Below, in pieces: positions 45,627 through 54,506 of a DNA stretch of 64,000 bases. The translations under genes were made by a program, and so were the position numbers. This stretch comes from a virus: IMG/VR virus record IMGVR_UViG_3300024259_000012, one strand, 5' to 3'. The notes beneath the pieces were generated by a model that did not search any database, had not been told where the DNA came from, and saw only the letters and a program-made list of their open reading frames with translations. Position 1 is the stretch's first letter, and every line of letters begins with the position of its first letter.

Positions 45627-46145
45627 GAAGGACTGACACTTCCCACAGGAATAAGCAGTAGGCGACCTACGAAGCTTATTATGGCGAGTCGTTGAAAGTT
45701 CCATAGTCCGACATGAACATTTGTAAGTCCATCGTGTCTGACGCTTTGATTGACTTTGGGGCATCTTGGAATAATCAACTTCATACTTGATAGTCACGTC
45801 AGGCATCAAGCCAAACACTGAACGCATGATGCGTTTCCAGTAGTAAGTGTGACTCGACCCCTTTGTGTAACCATTGACATAACCATCAATGTAGTGAGCA
45901 ACTTCGTGCGGCACAGTCACTCTCATAAACGCTTCGGGGTTTCCAGCCAAGTAGCCCATGTTAAATTTTAGTTGGTGATTCTTTACTTCACCGGTCAAGC
46001 GGTTATAAGTGAAAGCGTGCTGACCTGCGCAAGAAGTCCCACGCAATTTAAAAGTGATAGGTGGAACAGGGAAAGTCATCCCGAGTTGGTCACCGGCTTC
46101 AGCGAGTAGGCGATGGACGGTTTCAATTATTTGGGTCTGATTCAT
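45609..46145 (-). CDS. sprT: SprT-like zinc metalloprotease
   Basis: RG..AG, PHEVAH, H...WK..M, Y.C.C....LS..RHN, Y.C.KC. Confidence 0.85.
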   Translation of the reverse strand: MNQTQIIETVHRLLAEAGDQLGMTFPVPPITFKLRGTSCAGQHAFTYNRLTGEVKNHQLKFNMGYLAGNPEAFMRVTVPHEVAHYIDGYVNGYTKGSSHTYYWKRIMRSVFGLMPDVTIKYEVDYSKMPQSQSKRQTRWTYKCSCRTMELSTTRHNKLRRSPTAYSCGKCQSFLKFVG

Positions 46146-46151
46146 AGTAGT

Positions 46152-46197
46152 CTCCTCATTACGCTATTAAGTTAATACTATACATAAGGCAAGACAA
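46152..46197 (-). promoter_or_regulatory. Early promoter/leader cassette copy 8, antisense within + block
   Basis: TTGTCT-17-TAACTT-aatAGCGTAATGAGGAG. Confidence 0.8.
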
Positions 46198-46751
46198 GTT
46201 AATAATAAAAAAAGGAAAAGAAAAATGGAACTAACAAAAGAACAAGAACAGCAGTCACAAAGTTTTATGGAAACCGCCATGGAGTCCGAAACTGGAAACC
46301 CGATGGTAGAGGCAACCGCAAGATTTGTCGTGAAATTGGACGAGGTTGACGACGCCCTTGCTATGGAATTGCTTGACATAGTGGCAGACATCACAGCGTC
46401 CGCTATTGCGTATGGTAAGGAATTATCCGAAGGCGATGATATCAATGCATTCGTTCAAGAGCTTATAGATAACGGCGTCCCGCTCGGTGCCATGGTTGAA
46501 GAAATAAATTAAGGAGTAAGACAAATGACAATTACAGACTCACCAGACAGACGAAAAGCTTATGCTCACTTTCAAGCCGCCATTGCACTTGCTAAACAAT
46601 TAGATATGCCTAACGGGGATATCAAAAAGTTGGAACATGAACTAACCAATGTATTACGATTCAGCTTCACCGCTGGCATTATACATGCCGGTACTTTACT
46701 TGGATTAGAGATGCCGCCGGATGTAAAAAATATGGATGGCATCATAGGGGA

Positions 46752-47228
46752 ATGTTAACTCAAGAGGATGTCCATATATTATTTAACTATAATCCATATA
46801 CCGGCATACTAACCCGTAGAATAAACGTAATTGGTGGTAAGCCTATTGGCAGTGTTGTTGGAACTCCTGGTGGAAAGGGGCATCTACGGGTAACCATTGA
46901 TGGCGTACTATATTTAGTGCATCGAATCATTTGGTTGTATGAGCATGGTAAGTGGCCAAAAGAATTGATAGACCACAAGAATAGAAATCCCGTAGATAAT
47001 CGGTTAGAGAATTTACGGGAATGCACCTATGCACAGAACAATCAAAATACGCCGCCAAGAAATGGACATAAGGGTGTATCAAAACATGGTAAGCAATGGT
47101 CAGCAAGAATAAAAATAAATGGCAAGGATGAATATATAGGATTTTATAAGACGCCCGAGGAAGCGGCTTTGAAATATAACATTCGGGCAAAGGAAGAATA
47201 CGGAGAGTTTGCATGGTTAAACGAATAG
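46752..47228 (+). CDS. HNH homing endonuclease with AP2 domain
   Basis: HR.IW....G.WP...IDH.N....DNR.ENLR; KGV....W.ARI......IG.Y.T.EEAA..Y...A...YGEFA. Confidence 0.9.
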   Translation: MLTQEDVHILFNYNPYTGILTRRINVIGGKPIGSVVGTPGGKGHLRVTIDGVLYLVHRIIWLYEHGKWPKELIDHKNRNPVDNRLENLRECTYAQNNQNTPPRNGHKGVSKHGKQWSARIKINGKDEYIGFYKTPEEAALKYNIRAKEEYGEFAWLNE

Positions 47229-47983
47229 AAGAATATTTAGTATTTACATGTTCGTGCGGGAATACTAAAAAGTATAAACGAAAGAAATCATTTGATAAAG
47301 CTACAAAGTGTACACAATGTGCACAAATTGGATATCATAAAAAATATGGAGAACGACGTCGTACTGCCAAACAGGAACAAATACGACACCAAGTATTAAT
47401 ATGTAAATGTGGTAAATCAGTACAGTACATACGTGAGGGGGTTTTTAAAAAACACAAGTCTGGTGAAGTGTTATGTCTTAATTGCAGACAAGTACAATCC
47501 ACACATGCACGATGGGAAAAAAATCCAGACCAACATGTTGCTGATATAGAACGTGCTCGGCAGTGGCGTTTGGACAATCATAAAAAAATATTGGAACTTG
47601 CGAAACTTAAATATGTTCCCGTGATAGATTGCAATAGTCCATATGATAAGGAATGTAATAAGTGTAAACGAATCATACAATTTAAAAAATTGCATAATTT
47701 TAAAAAAGTGGAGTATGATGAATCGTGGAAATGTACCCGCTGTAAAGGGTTGGAAGCACGCAAAGGAAATCCAACGTATATAGAATTGAATAAATTGTAT
47801 TATGAATCACATAAGAATGACCCCGACTATAAAAGGCAAATTCGTGAAAATATAAAACGTTGGAAGGAATCACTATCCGATGAGCAAATCGCCGCTAATA
47901 AAGAAAAAAATCGAGAATATTCCCGAGCATATTATAAAGCAAATAGGGAAAAGATTAATAAGAAACGAAGAGCAAAGGAGTAA
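47213..47983 (+). CDS. Multi-Zn-ribbon basic protein
   Basis: Three C.CG/CxxC units. Confidence 0.65.
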   Translation: MVKRIEEYLVFTCSCGNTKKYKRKKSFDKATKCTQCAQIGYHKKYGERRRTAKQEQIRHQVLICKCGKSVQYIREGVFKKHKSGEVLCLNCRQVQSTHARWEKNPDQHVADIERARQWRLDNHKKILELAKLKYVPVIDCNSPYDKECNKCKRIIQFKKLHNFKKVEYDESWKCTRCKGLEARKGNPTYIELNKLYYESHKNDPDYKRQIRENIKRWKESLSDEQIAANKEKNREYSRAYYKANREKINKKRRAKE

Positions 47984-47986
47984 GAA

Positions 47987-48217
47987 ATGTATTTCGATGA
48001 TGAACCATACGACAAAAGAAAACACGATTGGAACAAGAAGCAATATTCCAAGAGACCACATAGGGTATGAAAGCGTAATTTTAAGACGCCGGATTTAGTT
48101 ATCCCTAAAACAATTAAATATAAATGTACAGGTTGTCTAACTGTATGAGTAGATGATGAATTAATGAATGGCGGCTGTCCGGCTTGCCATACAGATGATT
48201 GGTTAAAGGAGTTATAA
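47987..48217 (+). CDS. 76-aa zinc-ribbon protein with two in-frame TGA (48068, 48146) read as Trp; absent from ORF track
   Basis: AAGGAG RBS; ...HRV*KRNF...YKCTGCLTV*VDDELMNGGCPACHTDDWLKEL-TAA; TAATG coupling to next gene. Confidence 0.8.
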
Positions 48218-48526
48218 TGAATTTGAAAGATAAGGTAGACCTTGCACTACTCACTTTAAAGTGTCCATGTGGTGAAGTTAGAAGGTATAAAACATTGAAA
48301 GCTTGGGAACCCCTGTTACATCATAGTAGAGTAACGGAGACGCCTATGTTATGTCTCATAACAAGGCTGGGTGGAAGCCTATTGAAGATGCTGGAGAAAG
48401 CCGGACGTTCAGCCATTATGCAGTTGGTTATGGATGGGAAAGTCCTGATTGGAAACATAAATTTTAAAAAGACTTGACATGGCTTGTGTTGCATATTAAG
48501 TTACTCATGCTTTTTGAAGGGGATTA

Positions 48527-48724
48527 CTGTTGAGTGAGGATGTTAGGCAATAGTAAGTCCAACTGAGGAGAAGTTGATATCTGGGCGGCGTAGTGGCTTG
48601 AAGGATAAAGACTGAAACCGAGGGGACTCCCATTAACACTAAATGGGGAAGTCTGCTGAAACCGATTAACGGGATACCTTGTCAGTGTTGGCAAGCGTGT
48701 GAGTTCGAGCCTCACCGGACAGCA
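48527..48724 (+). ncRNA. tRNA-shaped non-coding RNA with ~120-nt variable region
   Basis: Own promoter (TTGACA-17-TAAGTT, 48474-48502), T-arm GTGAG-TTCGAGC-CTCAC, 5'/3' end pairing, downstream terminator. Confidence 0.65.
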
Positions 48725-48732
48725 AAAGAATT

Positions 48733-48763
48733 AAAGGGAGTCTATCGAAGGCTCCCTTTTTTT
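48733..48763 (+). terminator. Rho-independent terminator
   Basis: AAAGGGAGTC...GGCTCCCTTTTTTT. Confidence 0.85.
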
Positions 48764-48795
48764 ACTATACAATTTAAAGAAAAGGAAACTATCAA

Positions 48796-49149
48796 ATGAG
48801 TTGGCATACAGGTGTAAGCAAATCTACGCAGATTGAGATTAGAAAGAACGCCCTTGAGGTGTTGGATAAATTGGACATTGAACTAACTGAGCAAGAGCTT
48901 ATGATGTTTGAGATTTTTTTAGACCATCAGCAACTCAAGTGGTATAAGATTTATTCCGAAGCAATGAGTGTTGGCACTAAGGCAGTTCGAGAGAATACAG
49001 TGTTTTCATTAATAGATAAAAATTTATTACACGATGACAATGGTAATGGGTATATTGGTTTAAAGCATCATGTACTTGATGTGCATTTTGAATTGATGCG
49101 TCCTGTACTATCAGAAATGATGGAAATGGTGTATGACCTTATGCATTAA
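48796..49149 (+). CDS. Hypothetical protein
   Basis: ORF with AAGGA RBS. Confidence 0.65.
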   Translation: MSWHTGVSKSTQIEIRKNALEVLDKLDIELTEQELMMFEIFLDHQQLKWYKIYSEAMSVGTKAVRENTVFSLIDKNLLHDDNGNGYIGLKHHVLDVHFELMRPVLSEMMEMVYDLMH

Positions 49150-49225
49150 TATTTTACCTATATCAGTATAATTTTTTTCCCAGCAAAAATTTCGTCCGAT
49201 GTATGCACACGACTTAAACCCAGGA

Positions 49226-49404
49226 TAAAACTCTTTTTAGTTTTATGAGGCCGACTTATTGTACCGCCCCCTTCGAGTTTTATGTATGGGAGTTTTAAGT
49301 TTTATGTTTGAGAGTTTTATGTTTGGAATTAAAACTCTTTAGAGTTTTATGTTTGGCGTCCTGCCATGTATAGTTATATGTATGTATAGTTATATGTATG
49401 TATA
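49226..49404. repeat. Iteron-like GAGTTTTATGT(TTG) repeats and a 16-nt tandem repeat
   Basis: About 6 AGTTTTA(T) copies plus inverted TAAAACTCT copies; ATGTATAGTTATATGT twice. Confidence 0.75.
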
Positions 49405-50295
49405 TAAAAAAAGGCCACCCGAATGGATGACCTTATAAGGCGGCGTTGTGGCGTCGTACTATTGAGACGCCATTTCGAATAGCTTATCAATCAGGGGCTT
49501 CTGCATGAAGTACACAAATAGAGCACCCACTGCGAACCCAGTCATAAAGCCTATGGCGATGTCTTCAAGATTTTTCATTATACTAACTCTCCGTCCTTAT
49601 TGATTACACCCTCTGAATACAATACGTGCATAACGAATAGCTCACGGGTGTCTGTTGAGTAGACGCCGCCCATATTGTATATATATACCGTTTGTGTTAA
49701 ATCCTTCATGTGTATTCCTTTTATTTTTATTTGTATCCGATTCTATAATACGCCGTGATGGCGAGCTATTCAATATAGTTCAGATTCATAGACCTTACGA
49801 CCGAGTAGCTTCTCAAGGCGTTTCCATTCAGCCTTCAATTTACGGAGCCTCGCCATGGCTCGGGTCTTACTAATCTCCCCATCCATATAAAGGTTCTCAG
49901 GAGACATCTGATTTAACAGATTCTCAAAGGGCGTCATATCGCTTGGATACTGATGTTCGTTGTGCATGTCAATCATGGCGTCGCTCATTTTACTCATTTG
50001 GTGCTCCTCAATTGTGGGTTAACAGAATTCCATAAAGACGCCCTTACGATAGCGTCCTTCTTATAGTGCTCAAAGTCCACAAGTGCCCCGTGAACGCCGA
50101 TGCGTGTATCTACTATATCCCAGCCCTGTCCGGATTCGGTCTTGCGTACAATGTAATTGGTGGTGCTCATTTATGCACTCCTAAATTTTGTGTTTTCTTT
50201 ATATACCCAAGTGTTTCCGCAAATGAAAACTCCACCCTTAGCATTCCAAATTCCAAAGGTTGCTCCAAGGTCATATTTCTGTCCGTCGATTAACT

Positions 50296-50727
50296 TCATG
50301 CGGTCACCTCATAATTTCTGTCCCAACGTCCAACATTAACATTGACATACCAGCCAACGTGGAAGTAGTCAGTCATCGCATCAGACTCATCAAAGTTCTC
50401 ACGGCTCGTATTTGCGCCGTTCAGGATTGGTAAGACCTCAGCGAAGAACGCCTTGGCCTCTCCATCATACCAACGGTCAGTATGGAAGATGTTCACTTGG
50501 TCTCGTGTGGCGTCCTGATATTGGGCGTCGCTCCCATAACGGCGTTTGGTTAGTATCCTGCCCATGCGGTTGTAAGACTCCATGAAATCTATCTTGCCAC
50601 TGAATAGATTCAGTACTAAGACACTGTGGTGGTTAACACCCAGACGCCCCTTCACTCCATACTTCTTCAGGATGGGCTTCAGGTTGGCGTTGATTTCCTT
50701 CTTATGCTCTTGGGTCATGTAACTCAT
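50296..50727 (-). CDS. Conserved phage early protein
   Basis: D.SD.MTDYF..GWY.....G.W...Y; stop TGA overlaps next ATG. Confidence 0.75.
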   Translation of the reverse strand: MSYMTQEHKKEINANLKPILKKYGVKGRLGVNHHSVLVLNLFSGKIDFMESYNRMGRILTKRRYGSDAQYQDATRDQVNIFHTDRWYDGEAKAFFAEVLPILNGANTSRENFDESDAMTDYFHVGWYVNVNVGRWDRNYEVTA

Positions 50728-50737
50728 TTGTATCTCC

Positions 50738-50956
50738 CTATCTGTATAACGTTACGAAGCTACCGAAGTAGCCTTCAAAAGTTTCAACCAAAGTCTCATA
50801 ATCTCCAGCAGTCATCTCAGCCAATACCACTTCGGCGGGCAAATCCAATTGCTTAGCAAGCTTCTCAGCCATGCCAATCAAATAGAAGGCGTTTCCCTGT
50901 GGACCGGTCAGGTCGATTGACAACTCCTGCTTTAACTCTGTTACTGATTTCATCAT
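50738..50956 (-). CDS. Conserved early protein (GPQGNAF family)
   Basis: IDL.GP.GNAF.L.G...M..GDY..L...F...FG. Confidence 0.75.
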   Translation of the reverse strand: MMKSVTELKQELSIDLTGPQGNAFYLIGMAEKLAKQLDLPAEVVLAEMTAGDYETLVETFEGYFGSFVTLYR

Positions 50957-50965
50957 CGTGGGTTC

Positions 50966-51011
50966 CTTTCCCTTACGCTACCAATATAATGATATACAAG
51001 GGCGGTGTCAA
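50966..51011 (-). promoter_or_regulatory. Early promoter/leader cassette copy 9
   Basis: TTGACA-17-TATATT-ggtAGCGTAAGGGAAAGG. Confidence 0.75.
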
Positions 51012-51036
51012 GCATTAAAATAAATAAATAAAAAGC

Positions 51037-51445
51037 TTGCATATGCGCCTCCTGGATGTTAACTTACAAGGCTATACTGCTCGGCAAAAATAAAGTCTGG
51101 TATATCCCAGAAGGTAACCCTGGCGTCGCACAAAGTCAAGCTAATTCTTTTCTTTATTTAGTGCTTGACATTGGCGTTGTAGAATGTTAACTTAGAGGAG
51201 TGAGGGAGCGAAGGGTGCCCAACGGGGAAGGTCGTCTCGTCTAAAAAAACTTATAAGACGACAGGGGGCGTTAGGCGCACTCTCTCCCTCACACTATAAT
51301 ATAACATGCGGGACGCCCATATGCAAGGGAAAAGAAAAAGCTTGACATTGGTGCCGTGGCGTCTTAACTTACTATGCTATGGTGGCTGAAAAAAATCAGG
51401 ACGCCTATAGCCTTTTAAGTTAAGCACCAGGTGGCACAATGTCAA
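51037..51445. promoter_or_regulatory. Three face-to-face sigma70-like promoter pairs
   Basis: -35 boxes at 51037(+)/51139(-), 51165(+)/51326(-), 51342(+)/51445(-), each with a 17-nt spacer and TAACTT/TATATT/TACCTT. Confidence 0.75.
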
Positions 51446-51702
51446 GCTATTTATTTTCTTTTTTCGTGTGTTTAATAGAAGCTAAGTGTTCAAAGGCTGA
51501 AGGCGTCCCACTATCCAATAGCACATATGGTGGCGGCTGGGAAGAGCATGAGATTGGAGACATTGTAACCGTTGGTCTTCAAACTGTTAGAATAAAGGAC
51601 TTAAACACCGGCGTTGTATATGAAAGTATAAAGGACGCCGCTAAAGACTTGGGGCTAACCAGTGGCATCGTTGGAAGTCGTAAACAGTTTCTACGGATTT
51701 AG
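51439..51702 (+). CDS. NUMOD1-like DNA-binding domain protein (start uncertain)
   Basis: V...DLNTG.VYESIKDAAKDLG. Confidence 0.5.
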   Translation: MSSYLFSFFVCLIEAKCSKAEGVPLSNSTYGGGWEEHEIGDIVTVGLQTVRIKDLNTGVVYESIKDAAKDLGLTSGIVGSRKQFLRI

Positions 51703-51883
51703 CTTGTATATATGTATATTCGTATGTATATTCTGCCTGCCTAAGAGACGCCTCATGAGCGTTTCGACTCAGGGGCACCCGCATGAGGCGGAGAGTATAA
51801 AGCCCAAGAGAAGAGTGAACTCCGGCGTCGCAAGGCGTCGGACTCACTTAATAGGAATCAAATGAAATATTATGGAGTGGTCA

Positions 51884-52489
51884 TTAGCTACGGTTAAAAA
51901 GGTCAATCAGACGACCGCCAAGCTCTTCCATCATATCATCCCCAGAAGGGGTGTCCTGCTCCAGAACGCCTTCAGTAGATATCTCCTGTTTGGGCGTCTC
52001 AAACCTCTCAAGCCTGTTGTGCTTATGTTTACGCTTGCGGGTTCATTCCATGAAGTAACAATTCAAACAAAGCATTTCCAAATTCTCGGCGGCGTAGTTC
52101 TTTTCGTCGTTGTCCTTGAAGGATAGCATAATAGGCATCTTGCCGTCGTGCTCTCTTGTCTCCTCATATCCACACGAATTACAACACATAGCTAACTTGC
52201 CCTCACGTAGCAATTTGAGGCCGAATTTGACGTGCTCAGGACGACCTGGGATGGCGGCACCGGTTCAGTGCGTCTTCCTTGTACGGGCTATTCCTGCTGA
52301 CGATTTATTCGGCGTTCAAATTTCGTATCTTATAGCGTATTTGCGAAACGTAACGTAGGCGACGCCAAGATACTCAGCCGCCTGTTTCATCGACTCAGTG
52401 TGCATAATGGCCTCTTGGCAGTCCTTAAATGGGATTGGTTTGTGTCGGTATGGGTCGTGACCCTTACTTCATTTAGATGTGTTTTCCAT
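51884..52489 (-). CDS. HTH + HNH-like zinc-binding protein, 201 aa, four in-frame TGA read as Trp; absent from ORF track
   Basis: SMKQAAEYLGVAYVTFRKYA..YEI*TPN...CNSCGY...R..DGKMPIML.FKD.D..NY..ENL.MLC.NCYF; TGA at 52469, 52316, 52265, 52043; no TGG. Confidence 0.88.
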
Positions 52490-52490
52490 A

Positions 52491-52601
52491 ATTAAAACTC
52501 TCCTTTGTTAAAACTCTACATAAAACTGGTGGGACGCCTACATAAAACTCTACCTATAACTCTGTAGTTTTAATTCCGGCGGAAAAGAGTTTTATGTTTG
52601 G
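52491..52601. repeat. Second iteron-like cluster (TAAAACTCT), mostly inverted relative to the 49.2-kb cluster
   Basis: TAAAACT(CT) four times plus GAGTTTTATGTTTG. Confidence 0.75.
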
Positions 52602-52723
52602 GCAGGTGCCTTTCTTCATATATATAGGTATATATATTGTACCCTTATCTATACAATAAGTATCAGCGTACCAAGAAATGCCACTAAAGGCGTTCTATTG
52701 GCGTTCCATGGCGGCGTAATGAT

Positions 52724-52927
52724 TCACCAAGACTTGGGTTCCATTGGCAAATTGTTGACCTCCCCAATGGATACCGCTCGCTTCATCAATTCAGGACACC
52801 CCTCACACATATTATATAATTCATTCAATACAAGCCACTTATCTCCGGCTACTAAATGCAAGTTGCGGCGTCCATTCAATGTAACACAGTAGTTCTCGCC
52901 TTTTATAATTTTGTATTGTCGGTACAT
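52724..52927 (-). CDS. YKQY microprotein 27
   Basis: MYRQYK...CVTLNG. Confidence 0.75.
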   Translation of the reverse strand: MYRQYKIIKGENYCVTLNGRRNLHLVAGDKWLVLNELYNMCEGCPELMKRAVSIGEVNNLPMEPKSW

Positions 52928-53166
52928 TATGTGACTTGAATAAAAGCTCGGGCGTTCAGGCGTTCTTCAAAGTCCTTGACTGTTATCATTTCAAACGTCG
53001 GACCATAAATACAACCATCATTGGGCGCACGAAACCAAGCTACTTCATTGTTCATGTACAGCCGCTTGCCATTCATCCAGATGCATTTTTTATTTTTGCA
53101 CTTGGAGCATAATTGGTATTGTTTGTACCTTATAGTGCTTCGTAACGAAGATTGATTATTAAACAT
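52927..53166 (-). CDS. YKQY microprotein 26
   Basis: RYKQYQLCSKC...CIWMNG. Confidence 0.75.
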   Translation of the reverse strand: MFNNQSSLRSTIRYKQYQLCSKCKNKKCIWMNGKRLYMNNEVAWFRAPNDGCIYGPTFEMITVKDFEERLNARAFIQVT

Positions 53167-53386
53167 CAAAATACTTTCCATACTCTTCAATAGTATGCTT
53201 TAGTGTCATTGGCTTAAACAGCTTATCAGGACATCGTGAATCATCAATTGACGTGTAAGGAAACTTGATAGTTCTTGCCGCCCAAATGTGTTGCATGACT
53301 ATTATTCCATTCTTGGTTATACAATATGACAGATGGCAGTTCTTGCATATATTGTATTGCTTATATTCTGATATTTTGTATCTCAT
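53159..53386 (-). CDS. YKQY microprotein 25
   Basis: EYKQYNICKNC...CITKNG. Confidence 0.8.
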   Translation of the reverse strand: MRYKISEYKQYNICKNCHLSYCITKNGIIVMQHIWAARTIKFPYTSIDDSRCPDKLFKPMTLKHTIEEYGKYFDV

Positions 53387-53562
53387 AATACTGCCTTTAT
53401 TCTTACCGTTCTACAATCCGCTTCGGGTCTACAGTTGTCTGGCATATCTTTGTTAGTCGGCACAATATGTGTTAGATTATCAAAATACTCATATACTATG
53501 CCATTCAATGAAGTGCATGTAAACGACTCACACGAGCATACTCTGTATTGTCTATATGCCAT
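53383..53562 (-). CDS. YKQY microprotein 24 (59 aa, not in track)
   Basis: MAYRQYRVCSC...CTSLNG. Confidence 0.75.
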   Translation of the reverse strand: MAYRQYRVCSCESFTCTSLNGIVYEYFDNLTHIVPTNKDMPDNCRPEADCRTVRIKAVL

Positions 53563-53748
53563 GCTTCACTTCCTTTACATTCACAAATTCAAATTCAGCG
53601 TCCTTGCATTCTGTTTCGGGGTCATCCTCAACTACTGACATTTCATCTCGCTCTTGAGACCACCATGCGTATCTTGTACCATTCAATGAGTAGCAAAAGT
53701 AATTACGACATTTCGTACAACGTCTATACTGTTATATGATGCGGCCAA
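53552..53748 (-). pseudogene. YKQY microprotein 23 with 1-nt deletion in the YKQ codons (decay or sequencing indel)
   Basis: TTG GCC GCA TCA TAT AA CAG TAT, then open QYRRCTKCRNYFCYSLNG...VKEVKHGI-TAG. Confidence 0.7.
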
Positions 53749-53941
53749 GTCCATCTCTCACTTCCGGTACTTCGTTTATTTTTATTAGTATCCTATCCGA
53801 TTTTGTATCACTACAATCTTGAGCCGCTACTGAAACTAACCACGTTTGGTCGGGTCGCATCAATGCTATCCGGACGCCATTCAAAACTATACAGCCTCGT
53901 GACCATTGGCACATACATTTATGATACTGCTTATACTTCAC
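53732..53941 (-). CDS. YKQY microprotein 22
   Basis: MKYKQYHKCMC...CIVLNG. Confidence 0.8.
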   Translation of the reverse strand: MKYKQYHKCMCQWSRGCIVLNGVRIALMRPDQTWLVSVAAQDCSDTKSDRILIKINEVPEVRDGLGRII

Positions 53942-54122
53942 GATAATCTATTTCCTTACGAGTCATCGGGCGTTTCTCACGTTCTGCGAGTGGCGCACTA
54001 CATACGCCCTCATCCTCATAAGTAAACAGTCCCAATTTAGATAACCTTGAATATACGTTGCCATTCAATATCCAACAGATACTGTACTTGCATTCGCAAT
54101 GAGTGTGTTGCTTGTATTGCAT
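53931..54122 (-). CDS. YKQY microprotein 21
   Basis: MQYKQHTHCEC...CWILNG. Confidence 0.8.
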   Translation of the reverse strand: MQYKQHTHCECKYSICWILNGNVYSRLSKLGLFTYEDEGVCSAPLAEREKRPMTRKEIDYREV

Positions 54123-54319
54123 TAACATACGCACGGCCATTCGAAGCAAGTCCAACACGGCATTCTATCTTCTGCCTGTTGTATTGATACATGTTGGGGC
54201 ACCCTCACTATACACCTCCGGCAATGCTCTTCATAATTTTCAGTGAAATGCTGTTGTCCATTCTTCATGAGCAGAACAGCCGCCGAGCATTCACACATCT
54301 TGTATTGCTTATAGTTCAT
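54122..54319 (-). CDS. YKQY microprotein 20
   Basis: MNYKQYKMCEC...MKNG. Confidence 0.8.
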   Translation of the reverse strand: MNYKQYKMCECSAAVLLMKNGQQHFTENYEEHCRRCIVRVPQHVSIQQAEDRMPCWTCFEWPCVC

Positions 54320-54506
54320 ATGGTAATTTACTTATTATCAATTTGGCAAATTTGTGATTGACCGTGCATAGGATATAATCTAAGTCGCATGTTGGCGTAG
54401 CATATAGCCATTGGCCAAGAGCAAACATTGCGTATCTATTATCATTTAAAAATAAACAGCCCTTCTTATCACATTCATTACACAGTTTATATTGTTTGTA
54501 TTGCAT
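54309..54506 (-). CDS. YKQY microprotein 19
   Basis: MQYKQYKLCNEC...CLFLND. Confidence 0.8.
   Translation of the reverse strand: MQYKQYKLCNECDKKGCLFLNDNRYAMFALGQWLYATPTCDLDYILCTVNHKFAKLIISKLPYEL

Noticed and set aside
48527-48724. tmRNA, hammerhead ribozyme or group I intron-containing tRNA
   Set aside because: No GGGG...CCACCA ends or tag ORF; CTGAGGA/GAAA lacks the required stems and cleavage triplet; no P/Q/R/S motifs
51872-52358. Plus-strand ORFs 51872-52126 and 52110-52358
   Set aside because: Antisense shadows of the recoded HTH-HNH gene
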